This document shows positions 13,174 through 24,441 of a DNA stretch of 64,000 nucleotides, in pieces. A program made the position numbers and the translations under genes. The notes below the pieces were generated by a model. That model did no database searches and had not been told where the DNA came from. It worked only from the letters and a program-made list of their open reading frames with translations. The stretch comes from Podarcis pityusensis. Lineage: Eukaryota. The stretch lies in the NCBI GenBank assembly GCA_964106645.2, contig OZ067040.1. One strand, 5' to 3'. Each line of letters starts with the position of its first letter. Position 1 is the stretch's first letter.

Positions 13174-14210
13174 TTCTTCTTCTTTGGCAATCACTCGTAG
13201 CCAAGTAAGATTGTCTTCCATAAACACGGTTTTAACAATGAGTCCATAGATGACTGTGGAGACCAATTCTGGATCCACACGTCCTTCCACAGTGGGGACA
13301 TTGGTTTCCGGGTGGGAGTTGATCACAATGTTGATTTGCCAAGCGTGCCTTCCTCTTAGCACATTTCTCCCTTGCATCCTGAGTTTGAGTGTCTTCAAAG
13401 CCCATGACACCTTTGGTAAAGGGTTTTCTCCAACTGGAGCGCTCGCAGGCCAATGTTTCCTAGTTGTCAGTGTTTATACTACATTTTTTTAGATTTGCCT
13501 TGAGACAGTCTTTAAACCTCTTTTGTTGACCACCAGCATTACGCTTTCAATTTTTAAGTTCAGAATAGAGTAGCTGTTTTGGAAGACGATTATCAGGCAT
13601 CTGCACAATATGACCAGTCCAACGAAATTGATGTTGAAGAATCATTGCTTCAACACTGGTGATCTTTGCTTCTTCCAGTACACTGACATTAGTTTGCCTG
13701 TCTTCCCAAGTGATATGTAAAATTTTTCGGAGACACTGTTGATGGAATCTTTCAAGGAGTTGGAGATGGCATTTATAAGTGGTCCATGTTTCACAAGCAT
13801 ATAGGAAGGTTGGTAGTGTAAACAAGCATTTTGGTTTCCCTGCGAATGTCTCGGTCCTCAAACATTCTGCACCTCAATCGGGAGAAAGCCGCACTCACAG
13901 AGGTCAGGCGATGCTGGATTTCGGCATCAATGTTGGCCCTTGTGGAAAGATAACTGCCTAGGTAGGAGAAGTGATCAACATTTTCCAACATTCCACCATT
14001 GAGTTGGATTTGTGGCGCTGCAGAGGGGTTATTTTGTACTTGTTGGTGCATCACTTTGGTTTCTTGGATGTTGAGTGATAGGCCAAGCTTTTCATAAGCT
14101 TCTGCAAAGATATTTAGGATGGTTTGGAGGTCATCCTCTGAGTGTGTGCACACTATGTTGTCATCAGCATACTGAAGCTCTATGACAGAAGTTACGGTAA
14201 CCTTACTCTT
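13174..14210 (-). mobile_element. RTE-clade LINE, 5'-truncated and frameshifted
   Basis: Minus-strand ORFs give QYADD RT motif, FSYLGS, LYACETWT, RLPKQLLYSEL and a C-terminal CPHCGRTCGSRIGLHSHL motif; (GAA)n tail at ~13174. Confidence 0.88.
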
Positions 14211-14224
14211 CAACATACTGCGGT

Positions 14225-14460
14225 TGTGCCTTAGTGTGTGATATTTGAGTCAGGAACCATGGTTCAAATCTCACCTCAGCCACGAACTCACAGAGTAGTC
14301 TTCGGTGAGCTCTATCTTTCAACTCCCCCCCACCCTGCACATTGTTAAGATGGAGGTGATAATACCAACAAAATTCACAAGGTTGCTGTAGGAATTACTG
14401 GAATGTCAAATGCTTTAAACACTTAAAAAATGTAATATAAAAACTAAATGTTATTTTTAT
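14225..14460 (+). mobile_element. Old MIR/Ther1-like CORE SINE
   Basis: ggttcaaatctcacctcagcc B-box-like region and cacaaggttgctgtagga core-like segment; highly diverged. Confidence 0.5.
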
Positions 14461-15538
14461 ATGGGGCATGTCTTTTTCCTGCTGCACAGGCTTGTATTAC
14501 ATTTTTTTTAAGCCTATAACTCCAGCACCATGAACATCTCACAAATACATAGAAAAAATAAAAAGATTTGTGGGATCGTTTGGAATAGTTGGATAGAACT
14601 TTGAGCATTACGTTCCGTGAACAGTCATTAAAGGAAGAGATCTTGGGTCACATTGTACAAACAGCCAGTTCATTTACCCTTGCTGTAGTAACATAAATGT
14701 GGTGTCCTTTCAGATGAATCATGATATCTCCTGGTTTATTTTGGCAGCTGCTCAGTTTGGTGATTTGCTGCATACAACAAGCACCAGCCAAAATGCCTTG
14801 GATCCAGAGGGTTAGAGTTCATGTGCTTCTGTGACTTTGAACTCTTCCTTTCCATGGTTTCCTTGTTGACAGCTGCACCAGGACAAATATGTTTACATCA
14901 TAGAAGTGGATGGCAGCTAGCAATTCAGAATTTCCATTTCCTTTTGTATTGTTCTGGAATTTGGCCTCCATAATTCCATGTCCTGAAACTTTGCCTAGTG
15001 TGCATGTTTCTCTTTAGGGTCTTCCAGTGCATACTCTTTGTTTTGATTTAGATATGTTGATAGTAAATGCTGACTGCAGGAAGGTTACGTTAATTAAAGT
15101 TTGCTTCTGTTTACAGGGAATTTTATTGTGGGATAAATGAATTTTCTTGTGACAGTTCCATTTGTAGCCTTGCAAACTGAAACATGTGGTTGCTTTTTGT
15201 AGGGCTCCCTGCCATGTCAAAACACTGCTGCATTGAGGGCTAATATGTAGCTGCTTAAACTGCAGTGTAGTGAACATAGTTGCCGCTTTCTTTTTCTGAA
15301 GGCTGAGAAATCCAATCAGCCGTTGACATTCAGGATTCTAAAAAATAAATAATACATTTCCCAAGAACATTTTGCACTGAGAAAGTGGATGAAATAATCC
15401 ACAAATGCTGAGTCTCCGGAATGGTTTGAGGTATTTTTTTTTATTTCACCAAAATGTAGTATATACTTTAAAAGTAATAATGAAAAAGTTAAAGGCATTT
15501 CCCTTAATTTGCCTTTCATTCTTCCTTCTATATATATG

Positions 15539-15668
15539 TGGCTCAGTCAGGAGGGCATGAGACTCTTAATCTCAGGTTTGTGGGTTCGAACCCCACGTTG
15601 GGCAAAAGATTCCTCCATTGCAGGGGGCTGGACTAGATGACTCTCATGGTCCTTACAAACCTATAATA
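15539..15668 (+). mobile_element. tRNA(Lys)-derived SINE with CR1-like tail
   Basis: tggctcagtc...gagactcttaatctcagg...ggttcgaaccccacgttgggc head followed by ggactagatgac...ggtcc CR1-type 3' end; second copy at 58448. Confidence 0.75.
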
Positions 15669-15755
15669 CTAGTCTTATAACCATGTTTAATTCTGGACAT
15701 CTACTTGTTTCCCTAACTTTATTCATTGAAAAGTTCTCTTCAGATTCAGTAGTAT

Positions 15756-15805
15756 TTTAAAAAGAAAAGACAGAACTCTGTTTAAAAAGAAAAGACAGAA
15801 CTCTG
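15756..15805. repeat. 25-bp direct tandem duplication
   Basis: tttaaaaagaaaagacagaactctg x2. Confidence 0.95.
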
Positions 15806-17459
15806 TTTTGCTGTTAATTCTATTTCCTCACAGCATTTACACTAATAGGATGCCTAAAATTATTACCCAAAGTGAGAAGATTGAAATATTTAAGTGTTTG
15901 GCCAGGGCACAGATTGCATTATTTTAGGACAACTTCATGCTTTACATTTTTAAGTTGTATGCTAGTGATATTTTAAGTGTATACCTAAAATTTTAAAGTG
16001 ACAGTGACATACAGGTGCTGAAATGCACATGTACATATACAGTACATATGTGTACATTCATATACATGATGGATGTATGTATATACAAATATTGGAGAGC
16101 TGGGATTGGCAATGGCCTCTGTTGAGTGTACACTCTTATGAGCAGCTAAAATTGGCTGCTGTGGAATTGCAATAGGGTTCCTTTTCCCCTAGCCTAAGGA
16201 CTCAGATCAGATCACAGATACGTCCTTAAGCTGACATTGGATATTGTCAGATAAGTCCCTAAGTGTTATGGCTGAGCAAGGATCTGATTCTGGGACTGTT
16301 GCTTGTAAAATAGCCCTACATAGAGTGCCTTCTTATGACCTGCTGTAAAATACTTCCTGGAGTCTTTTGAACTACTGGCTGAATTGCATTAAACTGTTCT
16401 GTGAAAGAAGCTCTAGCAACTGGAGATCTAACCCCTCCTCAATTGCCTGTGCTGCTACTGCTGCCACCTGTTCTAACTCCTGAGAGAAAGCAGCCCAAGT
16501 AGTCTTGTAGACTGCAAAGAGAAAAATCTAGTGATGAATTCCCATGCTGCCTATCAGGAGAAAGTAAATCTGATAACCTCCAGTGGATCTTTGCACATCA
16601 TGCAGGTTCTCTTGGCCTAGCTTGTCCCAGTGGCTAATTGTGGGTTTCCAACAAAATGTATTGCAAGTTGTTGTTTGATTCCCATTGGTTTAATAGAAGA
16701 CTTATTCATACTTATGTCACTGTTGAACTAGGGATTATCATGACTCTTTCTTGCTCTTTGGCCTCCAGTTGCTCATGTTTTCATTGGCACTCTGATTTAC
16801 AGGCAGGAAATAATACAAAAGTGATTGTGCTGAATATTTGAGCACAAACAGGTTTCAAAGCACATGGTTTTGGCACATGGCTTTATCTTCAGAATTACTC
16901 TCTGTTTTATTTCCTTTGCAGTTGGTAGCCTTCATCCTGCTTCCTTCCTCTCTTGAAAGTTGGAGTGCTGGCACTCCTGGCTTTGTGTTTGTCACACTTG
17001 AGTCTTTTAAATAAGAAATTCTATTCACTTTTGAGATAAGCCCTACATCGCCACCACCTCTCCTCCTCTTCCTCCCCTCCTCCCCAAGCCAGATGGGGTC
17101 CACAGTATGGTGGCCATGTCCCCAGATACCCCCTTCACATCCACTAGAGTATCTTGTCCCCAATTTTTAAATGTATTGTTTAAAAATGAGGTTTGGGGGT
17201 TGTTACTTGTTTTGATTTCTTGGTTGCAAGGGGAGTTGCCTCTCCTCTTCCACGTGCTCAACTGGGGATTGTCACACACACCCCGAACCAATGGGGGGGG
17301 CATGGGGGAAGAGAGTGGTGAAGCCCCGTTGTGCAAACAGAAGTCCATTCACAGATATTCTGCTGATGGGGCTAGTTAGGTGAATCCTGCCCTTAATTAC
17401 ATATAATTATAGAATTTCCATTAATTATAAATTTGTTGTGACAGATTGCATGACTATAC

Positions 17460-17990
17460 ATTTATTTTAACTATTTTTCTATCATTTAATTACAGTAATC
17501 TCTAAACAGTGTACAGGAGACCTAATACAATGAAACTAAAAATGAAGTAAAACTAAAAATCAGAATTCACTTTAAAAGCCTGCTGAAATAAAAGTCTTCA
17601 GTAAGCACTGGAAGGTCAACAGGAGAGAGTTCCACAAAATACTGCAATACTGAACATATAACTCCTGGTGGATATGAGCTGAGCATCTGAGCCATGGCAG
17701 GCCACAAACAGTGGCTCAGCTGAAGACCTCAGTGATCAAGTAGAGATCTAAGGGATTAGGAGGTCCTGAGGTCTCCTAGACCCAAATTATAAAAGGGCAT
17801 TGCAAATTAATAGAACATTTAACTTGACCCAGAAATGTGTGGGCAGGGTAGTGCAAGCTTTTGAGCACCAGAGTTATGTGCTGGCAATAGCCTGTCCCCA
17901 CCAACAGTCTAGCCTCAGTGTTTTGAACCAGCTGAAAACTCTGGACCAATAGCAGCCCCACATATATGTAAAGCATCTCACCACTCCTAA
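17460..17990 (-). mobile_element. Old L2 fragment
   Basis: ORF 17776-17976(-) has QLVQNxxARLL...HITxVLKSLH, typical of L2 ORF2; boundaries approximate. Confidence 0.65.
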
Positions 17991-18103
17991 AAGAGAAGGA
18001 AGAAGCCCCTGCACATATGGAGCTCTGTTTGTGTACACTAGGTGTTTAGTGACTGCCAAATTGACTCTCTGATCCCTCTTAACTAACTCTTTGTTCCTAA
18101 CAG

Positions 18104-18243
18104 CAACTGAAGCTGGTTTTGGTGCTGATATTGGGATGGAGAAATTCTTCAACATCAAATGCAGAGCTTCTGGCCTGGTTCCCAGTGTGGTTGTGCTTGT
18201 TGCTACAGTGCGGGCTTTGAAGATGCATGGAGGTGGGCCAAAT
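18104..18243 (+). CDS. MTHFD1L: MTHFD1L coding exon (~exon 21): (A)[46 protein letters not shown]
   Basis: cctaacag acceptor, gtaagt donor; 140 nt (phase 1/0); [10 protein letters not shown] and [17 protein letters not shown] signatures. Confidence 0.97.
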
Positions 18244-18667
18244 GTAAGTTTCTGTACCTATCTCATAAAACAAATGATAAATCTTTAGAACTCCCTAAGC
18301 CTGAGAAAGCCCCTTATCATTTGAAATATGTATAAACGCTTTAATTTCAGAATTGCTGGAATAGTTCGCAATGTAAGCTAATTTAACAAAGACTCTCATT
18401 TCACTGTCTTTCATCATGTAGATGTGGCATTATCTGTGTTGCTTGTTGGATTAAGATGTATTAAAGAGGATAGCTCTAAAAAGGACTAAAAATTTAGCAA
18501 GGAGAATTAGGTCTGTTTGGAATTTTTCTTCTCCCCCACTCTTTCTCTCTCTCTCTCTCTCTTTTTTACACGCAAGTACTGGCCTTTGAAATGCCATGGC
18601 TAAACTCACAGGGTTACATCCAGATTTACAGCACAATCCTAACCATGCCTACTAAGAAATAGGTCCT

Positions 18668-19000
18668 GGACTTCCGGGTTGGCGCCATCGGTAATGGCGG
18701 ACTCCCTCTGAGTTTCTGAGGGACCAACTCCGCGGGATTGGGTCTGACCGCTGCGGCGAAGCGGGGGGGCCTTTAAAAATCACAGGCGGGTGAAGCCTGT
18801 GAACGTGGGGACTCGGCGGGCACCTTTTGCGCCCCCCCAAATTGCGAAGGGACCCTTTTAAGGGCTCCGGAGCGAGACGGGGTGAAAGGCGCGGTGCTGA
18901 GAGTCGACTGCTTCTTCCGCGGAGTGAAGCCGCATAGCTGTTATCGGAGAGCGCTGACTTTTTCCTGGGACAATTTGACTTTGAAAGCAACTACCCGTGA
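18668..19000 (+). promoter_or_regulatory. L1 5'UTR CpG-rich internal promoter region (inferred)
   Basis: Dense CpGs against an AT-rich, CpG-depleted background; L1 elements use internal Pol II promoters. Confidence 0.6.
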
Positions 19001-19610
19001 GTAGGATTAAATTGGATTTAAAGGGGAAAACAAGTCAATTCTGCACTGAAGCGGGAAGGTATAAACAGGAAGTCTGCCTTCCTTTCTTGTAAACAGATCA
19101 AAGCAAAGAGACTGTAAGCGGAAACTCTGAAAGACGTTTGAAAAAGACTTAAATCTCAACATCAGGAAAGCGATCTCCCCTCCGGTTTGCAGGAGAGGAG
19201 GGGGGAAAGGTTTGAACTGTATTTATCTGCAAAAAAAGGGGAAAAGGAAGCTAAAATCCACCGCCTAAACCCTGGGAACGGACTGCCCCGAGATAAGGAA
19301 TGCCGCTCTGTGGAAAGCCTATTGGTAAGCAGAGGACTTTTGACAGCTAACTCTGCAAAAGAGATACAGTGTTTCTGAACTTCTCCTGGCTTTAAAGTAA
19401 CTGATTAAGTGCAACTGAAACTGTTGTTTTTATGTGAACTGGGGGACCTATAAGGATTATTTTCCTTTTTTAAAGTTGCAAGCTTTGGCTGTTACTGTGT
19501 CCCCCTAGAGGAGGCTTGACATTGCTACAATAACAACTGGGCTAGAGGAATTTTCCATTTCAAAATAAATTCCAGCTGTGGGATCGACCTTGGACTCTCA
19601 TGAGAGTGTT

Positions 19611-20709
19611 ATGGCAGATGGAAGAGGAAAGTTAGAGTTGACGCAGGAAAAAACTACTAGGTCTGGCAGACCGTATCGGACAGATACTGCGTTGCAGCGA
19701 AGGGCTTCAACATCTGGTCCTTCTGGACCATCTGGAATACCAGGGGCTGCACCTCCACAAGTTAAACCAAAAGTTATGTCGTGCTCAGGCACTTGGAAAA
19801 ATTAATGAATCTTTGGAAAATTTAGCTAAACAAGTAGCTGAAACAAATAAACAAGTAGCCGAAGCATCAGTTAAAATTGACCAGAATACTACAAGCATTA
19901 ATAACTTGGGACAGAAGGTGAATACCAACACAGAGTCTATTGAAAAATTACTACAGGAATCTGCTTCAACCCGAAAGACAGCTGAAGAAGCAAAAGATAT
20001 AGCAACTGCTACTCAAGAGAAGATACCACCGATATATAGGCAACTTGAGGACCACGGTCTGATGTTGTCTATGATTGAATTGAAGGAGAAACAAAGAAAT
20101 TTAAGAATCAGGGCTGTACCAGAACGTGAGAAAGATAATTTGGCTGATTTTCTTACACAGGAATTTGCAGATTTCTGGCAACAGGATTTGGGGAAGGAAG
20201 AATTTAAGATAGTGAGTGCATTTAGACTTGGAAGAGGAGGAAGGAGGAACAAGGTGAGAGACTGCTTGATTACCCTTCGAACAAAAGAGGAGAGAGACAG
20301 AATCTTGAATCTGCATTACCAAAAGACTTTAGAAATTTACGACTCAAGTGTGGAGATATTCAAGGACATTCCAAAACACCTTTTGGACTTAAGGCTCAAC
20401 TACGGAGATCTGGTTGCCCTGTTGAGAAGAAATAGAATCATCTTTAGGTGGGAATTCCCTCAAGGCCTGTCCTTTAAATATAAGGGAAGAAAGATAAAAA
20501 TAAGATCAGTCAATGACAAAGATAGGTTTCTGAAGGACCACGGAGAAGATCTACAGAAAGAAGTGGAATCCGGAGAAGAGCCAAAAGCACTGGAAAAAGG
20601 AATACTAGATATAGCAAACTTATCTTTCGGATTGCATGGTCCAGAGAAAGTGACACCACTGACAGAACAAGAACAGACACTTGGCGCAGTTGGAGGTAAA
20701 GCGAAGTAA
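19611..20709 (+). pseudogene. L1 ORF1p (coiled coil + RRM/CTD), frameshifted near 19780
   Basis: ATG at 19611 (MADGRGK...) stops at 19805, while the other frame continues AQALGKINESLENLAKQ...; heptad-like region, RNLRIRAVPE and IFKDI...R motifs typical of L1 ORF1. Confidence 0.85.
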
Positions 20710-20716
20710 CCCCATC

Positions 20717-23700
20717 ATGGCTCTGCAACTGTTAAGTTGGAATTGTAATGGTCTGAATTCCCCTCGGAAGAGAAAAAGTGTTTTTCATTTACTAAAAAAG
20801 GAACAATTGGACTTGATTTGTCTACAAGAAACACATATAACAAGGTTACACAGGAAACTACTGATTAACAAGAGATTGGGGCAGGAGTTTATTTCATCTG
20901 ACAAAGTTAAAAAAAGAGGAGTTGTGATTTATGCAAAGGAGAGACTATCACCGAAATTTATTTTTAAAGATGACCAAGGAAGATTTCTGGCAATTGAAAT
21001 TCAAGTTCAAGGAGAGAAATTTTTGATAGTAGGAATTTATGCACCGAATGAGGGGAAATCTGAATTCTTTAAAAAGTTGCACGAGATCTTAATGGATTAT
21101 TTGGATTACAATCTGATTTTGATGGGAGATATGAATGGAGTAGTATCTACAAACATGGATAAGGCACAAAGACAGGTAGTTACCAAGGATGGTAGACTAC
21201 CGAAAACATTCTTCGAGATGACAGACAATTTTGACTTAGTTGATACTTGGAGAACAAAGAACCCCTTGGGAAGAGAGGGAACCTTCTTTTCTGAAGCCAA
21301 GATGACATGGACTAGAATTGACCAAATATGGGTGACTAGAGGAATGGCACCAAAGATAAAGAAAGTGGAAATCTGCCCAAAAACCTGCTCCGACCATAAT
21401 GCTGTAAGGATGGAGTTGAAACTAATATCAACTGGCTCCTTCAGATGGAGGATGAATGACACCTTATTCAGAGATGAAGAAGTGTATAAAAAGGCCCAAA
21501 AAACCTTGAGAGACTATTTTGAAATAAATATGAATACTAATGTAGAAAAAAGAGTAATCTGGGATGCAAGTAAAGCTGTCATGAGAGGGTTTCTGATACA
21601 ACAGAATGCAATAAAGAAGAGAAGTCAAAATGAGAAGAAAGATAAAATTTTGGGGAAAATAAAAGAAAGTGAAAAGAAACTGAGAGCAAAACCAAAGTCG
21701 CAGGAGATTTTGAGAGAAATAAAGTTATATCAAGTACAATATATGGAAATGATGAATCAGGAAATAGAATGGAAAATTAAACAAATGAGACAAAAAACAT
21801 TTGAATCAGCTAACAAATGTGGGAAATTGCTGGCCTGGCAAATGAAAAAAAGACAAAAATTAAATACTATTACAAATTTAGAAGTGGAAGGAAAGAATAT
21901 ACATAACCCAACTGAGATTAGAAACTGTTTCCAGAGGTATTTTAAACAACTATATACACAAGGGCCACAGAAAGAAATGGATATAGACCGATTTCTGAAG
22001 ACAAATGGATTACAAAAAATCTCTCAAGAAAGTAAATTAATGTTGAACTATAAAATATCTGAACAGGAAGTAGAAGGTGCCATTCAAAACATGCAATTAG
22101 GCAAATCTCCAGGACCGGATGGGCTGACTTCTAGATATTATAGATCTTTGAAAGAGTGGTTATTACAACCTTTAAAGGAAGTCTGCAATGAAATATTGGA
22201 AGGGAAAAGGGCACCAGAGTCGTGGAAAGAGGCGTACATTACACTTATACCGAAGACAGAGACTGAAAAGACTCAGCTTAAGAACTACCGCCCCATATCG
22301 TTACTTAATGTGGATTACAAAATTTTTGCAGACATTTTGGCCAAGAGATTGAAAAAAGTATGGATGGAAGAGATTCACAAAGACCAAGCGGGCTTTCTCC
22401 CGGGAGGACACCTGTCTGATAATTTGAGGAATATAATTGATATTCTGGAAAAATTAGAAGTGAACATAAATACTAAAGCAGTTTTGATATTTGTGGATGC
22501 GGAGAAAGCTTTTGATAATATCTCTTGGAGTTTTATGAAGAAGAACCTACAGGGGATGGGGGTATGCCAAGGTTTTGAAAACGGTATAAGTGCAATTTAT
22601 TCAGAACAAAAGGCTAAACTAATTGTAAATAATGTGGTGACGGAAGAATTTAGGATAGAAAAAGGGACAAGACAAGGTTGCCCAATTTCCCCATTGCTTT
22701 TTATATCGGTCCTGGAGGTTCTGCTGAATATGATTAGAAGGGACCGGTTGGTTAAAGGTATACAGGTCGGAGCCAAACAGTACAAATTGAGAGCATTTGC
22801 AGATAACTTAGTATTGACGTTACAGGAGCCAGAATCTAGTACCAAAAGAGTTTTAGAACTGATTCAAGAATTTGGTCAAGTTGCAGGATTTAAACTGAAT
22901 AAGTCAAAGTTCAAGGTTTTAGAGAAAAATTTAACACCAATGGAGAGAGAGAGGTTTCAGAATGAGACAGGTTTAACAGTGGTTAAGAAAGTTAAATACT
23001 TGGGGATTAACATGACAGCAAAAAATGGGAATTTATTTAAAGACAACTATGAAAAATGCTGGGCTGAAGTGAAAAAAGATTTAGAAATTTGGTCAAATTT
23101 GAAGCTTTCACTGCTGGGCCGTATTGCTGTGGTAAAAATGAATGTATTGCCTAGAATGTTGTTTTTGTTTCAAACATTGCAAATTGTGGACAAAATGGGT
23201 GGCAGAGAGATATTTCTAAATTTGTCTGGCAGGGCAAGAAGCCTAGAATAAAATTTAAAATACTAACAGATGCAAAGGAAAGAGGTGGCTTTGCCCTGCC
23301 AGACTTTAAACTTTACTATGAATCGGCAGCTTTTTGCTGGTTGAAAGAATGGTTGCTTCTTGAAAACACTGACATTTTGGATCTAGAAGGTTTTAACAAT
23401 GTATTTGGATGGCATGCATATCTGTGGTATGATAAGGTCAAAGCACATAAAGCATTTAAAAACCATATTGTCAGGAAAGCATTGTTTAATGTCTGGATAA
23501 GATACAAGGACTTATTGGAAAATAAAACCCCAAGGTGGCTGTCACCGATGGAAGCAAAAGCTCTGAAAAAGCTCAATATGGAGGCCAAATGGCCGAAATA
23601 TTGGGAAATTTTGGAACAAGACGGAGATAGACTGAAATTGCAGAGTTTTGAGAAATTAAAAAACAAAGTGCGAGACTGGCTTCATTATTATCAGATAATG

Positions 23701-24441
23701 GAGGCATATAATTTGGACAAGAAAATTGGTTTCCAGGTGGAAAAATCAAAATTAGAAACAGAACTGTTAGAATCCAAAACTAAGATTTTGTCAAAGATGT
23801 ATAACTTGCTGTTGAAATGGAATACTCAGGATGAAATGGTGAAATCTGTTATGATTAAATGGGCGCAAGATGTTGGACATAACATAATGATGGCTGACTG
23901 GGAACAGTTATGGACCACAGGTATGAAGTTTACGGCATGTAATGCCTTAAGAGAGAATATTATGAAAATAATATACAGGTGGTACATGACCCCAGTCAAG
24001 CTTGCAAAAATTTATCATTTGCCCGATAACAAATGTTGGAAATGTAAAGAAACTGAAGGTACATTCTTTCACCTTTGGTGGACGTGCCCAAGGATTAAGG
24101 CTTTCTGGGAAATGATATATAATGAACTGAAAAAGGTATTTAAATATACCTTCTTGAAGAAACCAGAGGCCTTTCTCCTAGGCATAGTCGGCCAATTGGT
24201 GCCAAAGAAGGATAGAACTTTTTTTATGTATGCCACAACAGCAGCAAGAATACTCATTGCAAAGTATTGGAAGACACAAGATTTACCCACTTTGGAAGAA
24301 TGGCAGATGAAGCTGATGGACTATATGGAACTGGCAGAAATGACTGGCAGAATCCGAGACCAGGGAGAAGAGTCGGTGGAAGAAGATTGGAAGAAATTCA
24401 AAGACTACCTACAGAAATATTGTAAAATTAATGAATGTTAG
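20717..24441 (+). pseudogene. L1 ORF2p (APE endonuclease + reverse transcriptase + CCHC), disrupted
   Basis: SWNCNGL, LQETH, GDMN, RIDQ, SDH endonuclease motifs; PGPDG, YRPISLLN, DAEKAFD, GTRQGCPISP RT motifs; catalytic FADD reads FADN; frameshift near 23198; C-terminal CWKC...HLWWTC. Confidence 0.93.

Noticed and set aside
15539-15605. tRNA-Lys gene (also tRNA-like heads at 27554, 33201, 56147, 58448)
   Set aside because: Degenerate cloverleaf followed by shared non-tRNA tails; these are SINE heads.
18652-18990. Antisense ORF in the L1 5'UTR (ORF0-like)
   Set aside because: Starts at TTG, stops outside the element, and is expected by chance in GC-rich sequence.
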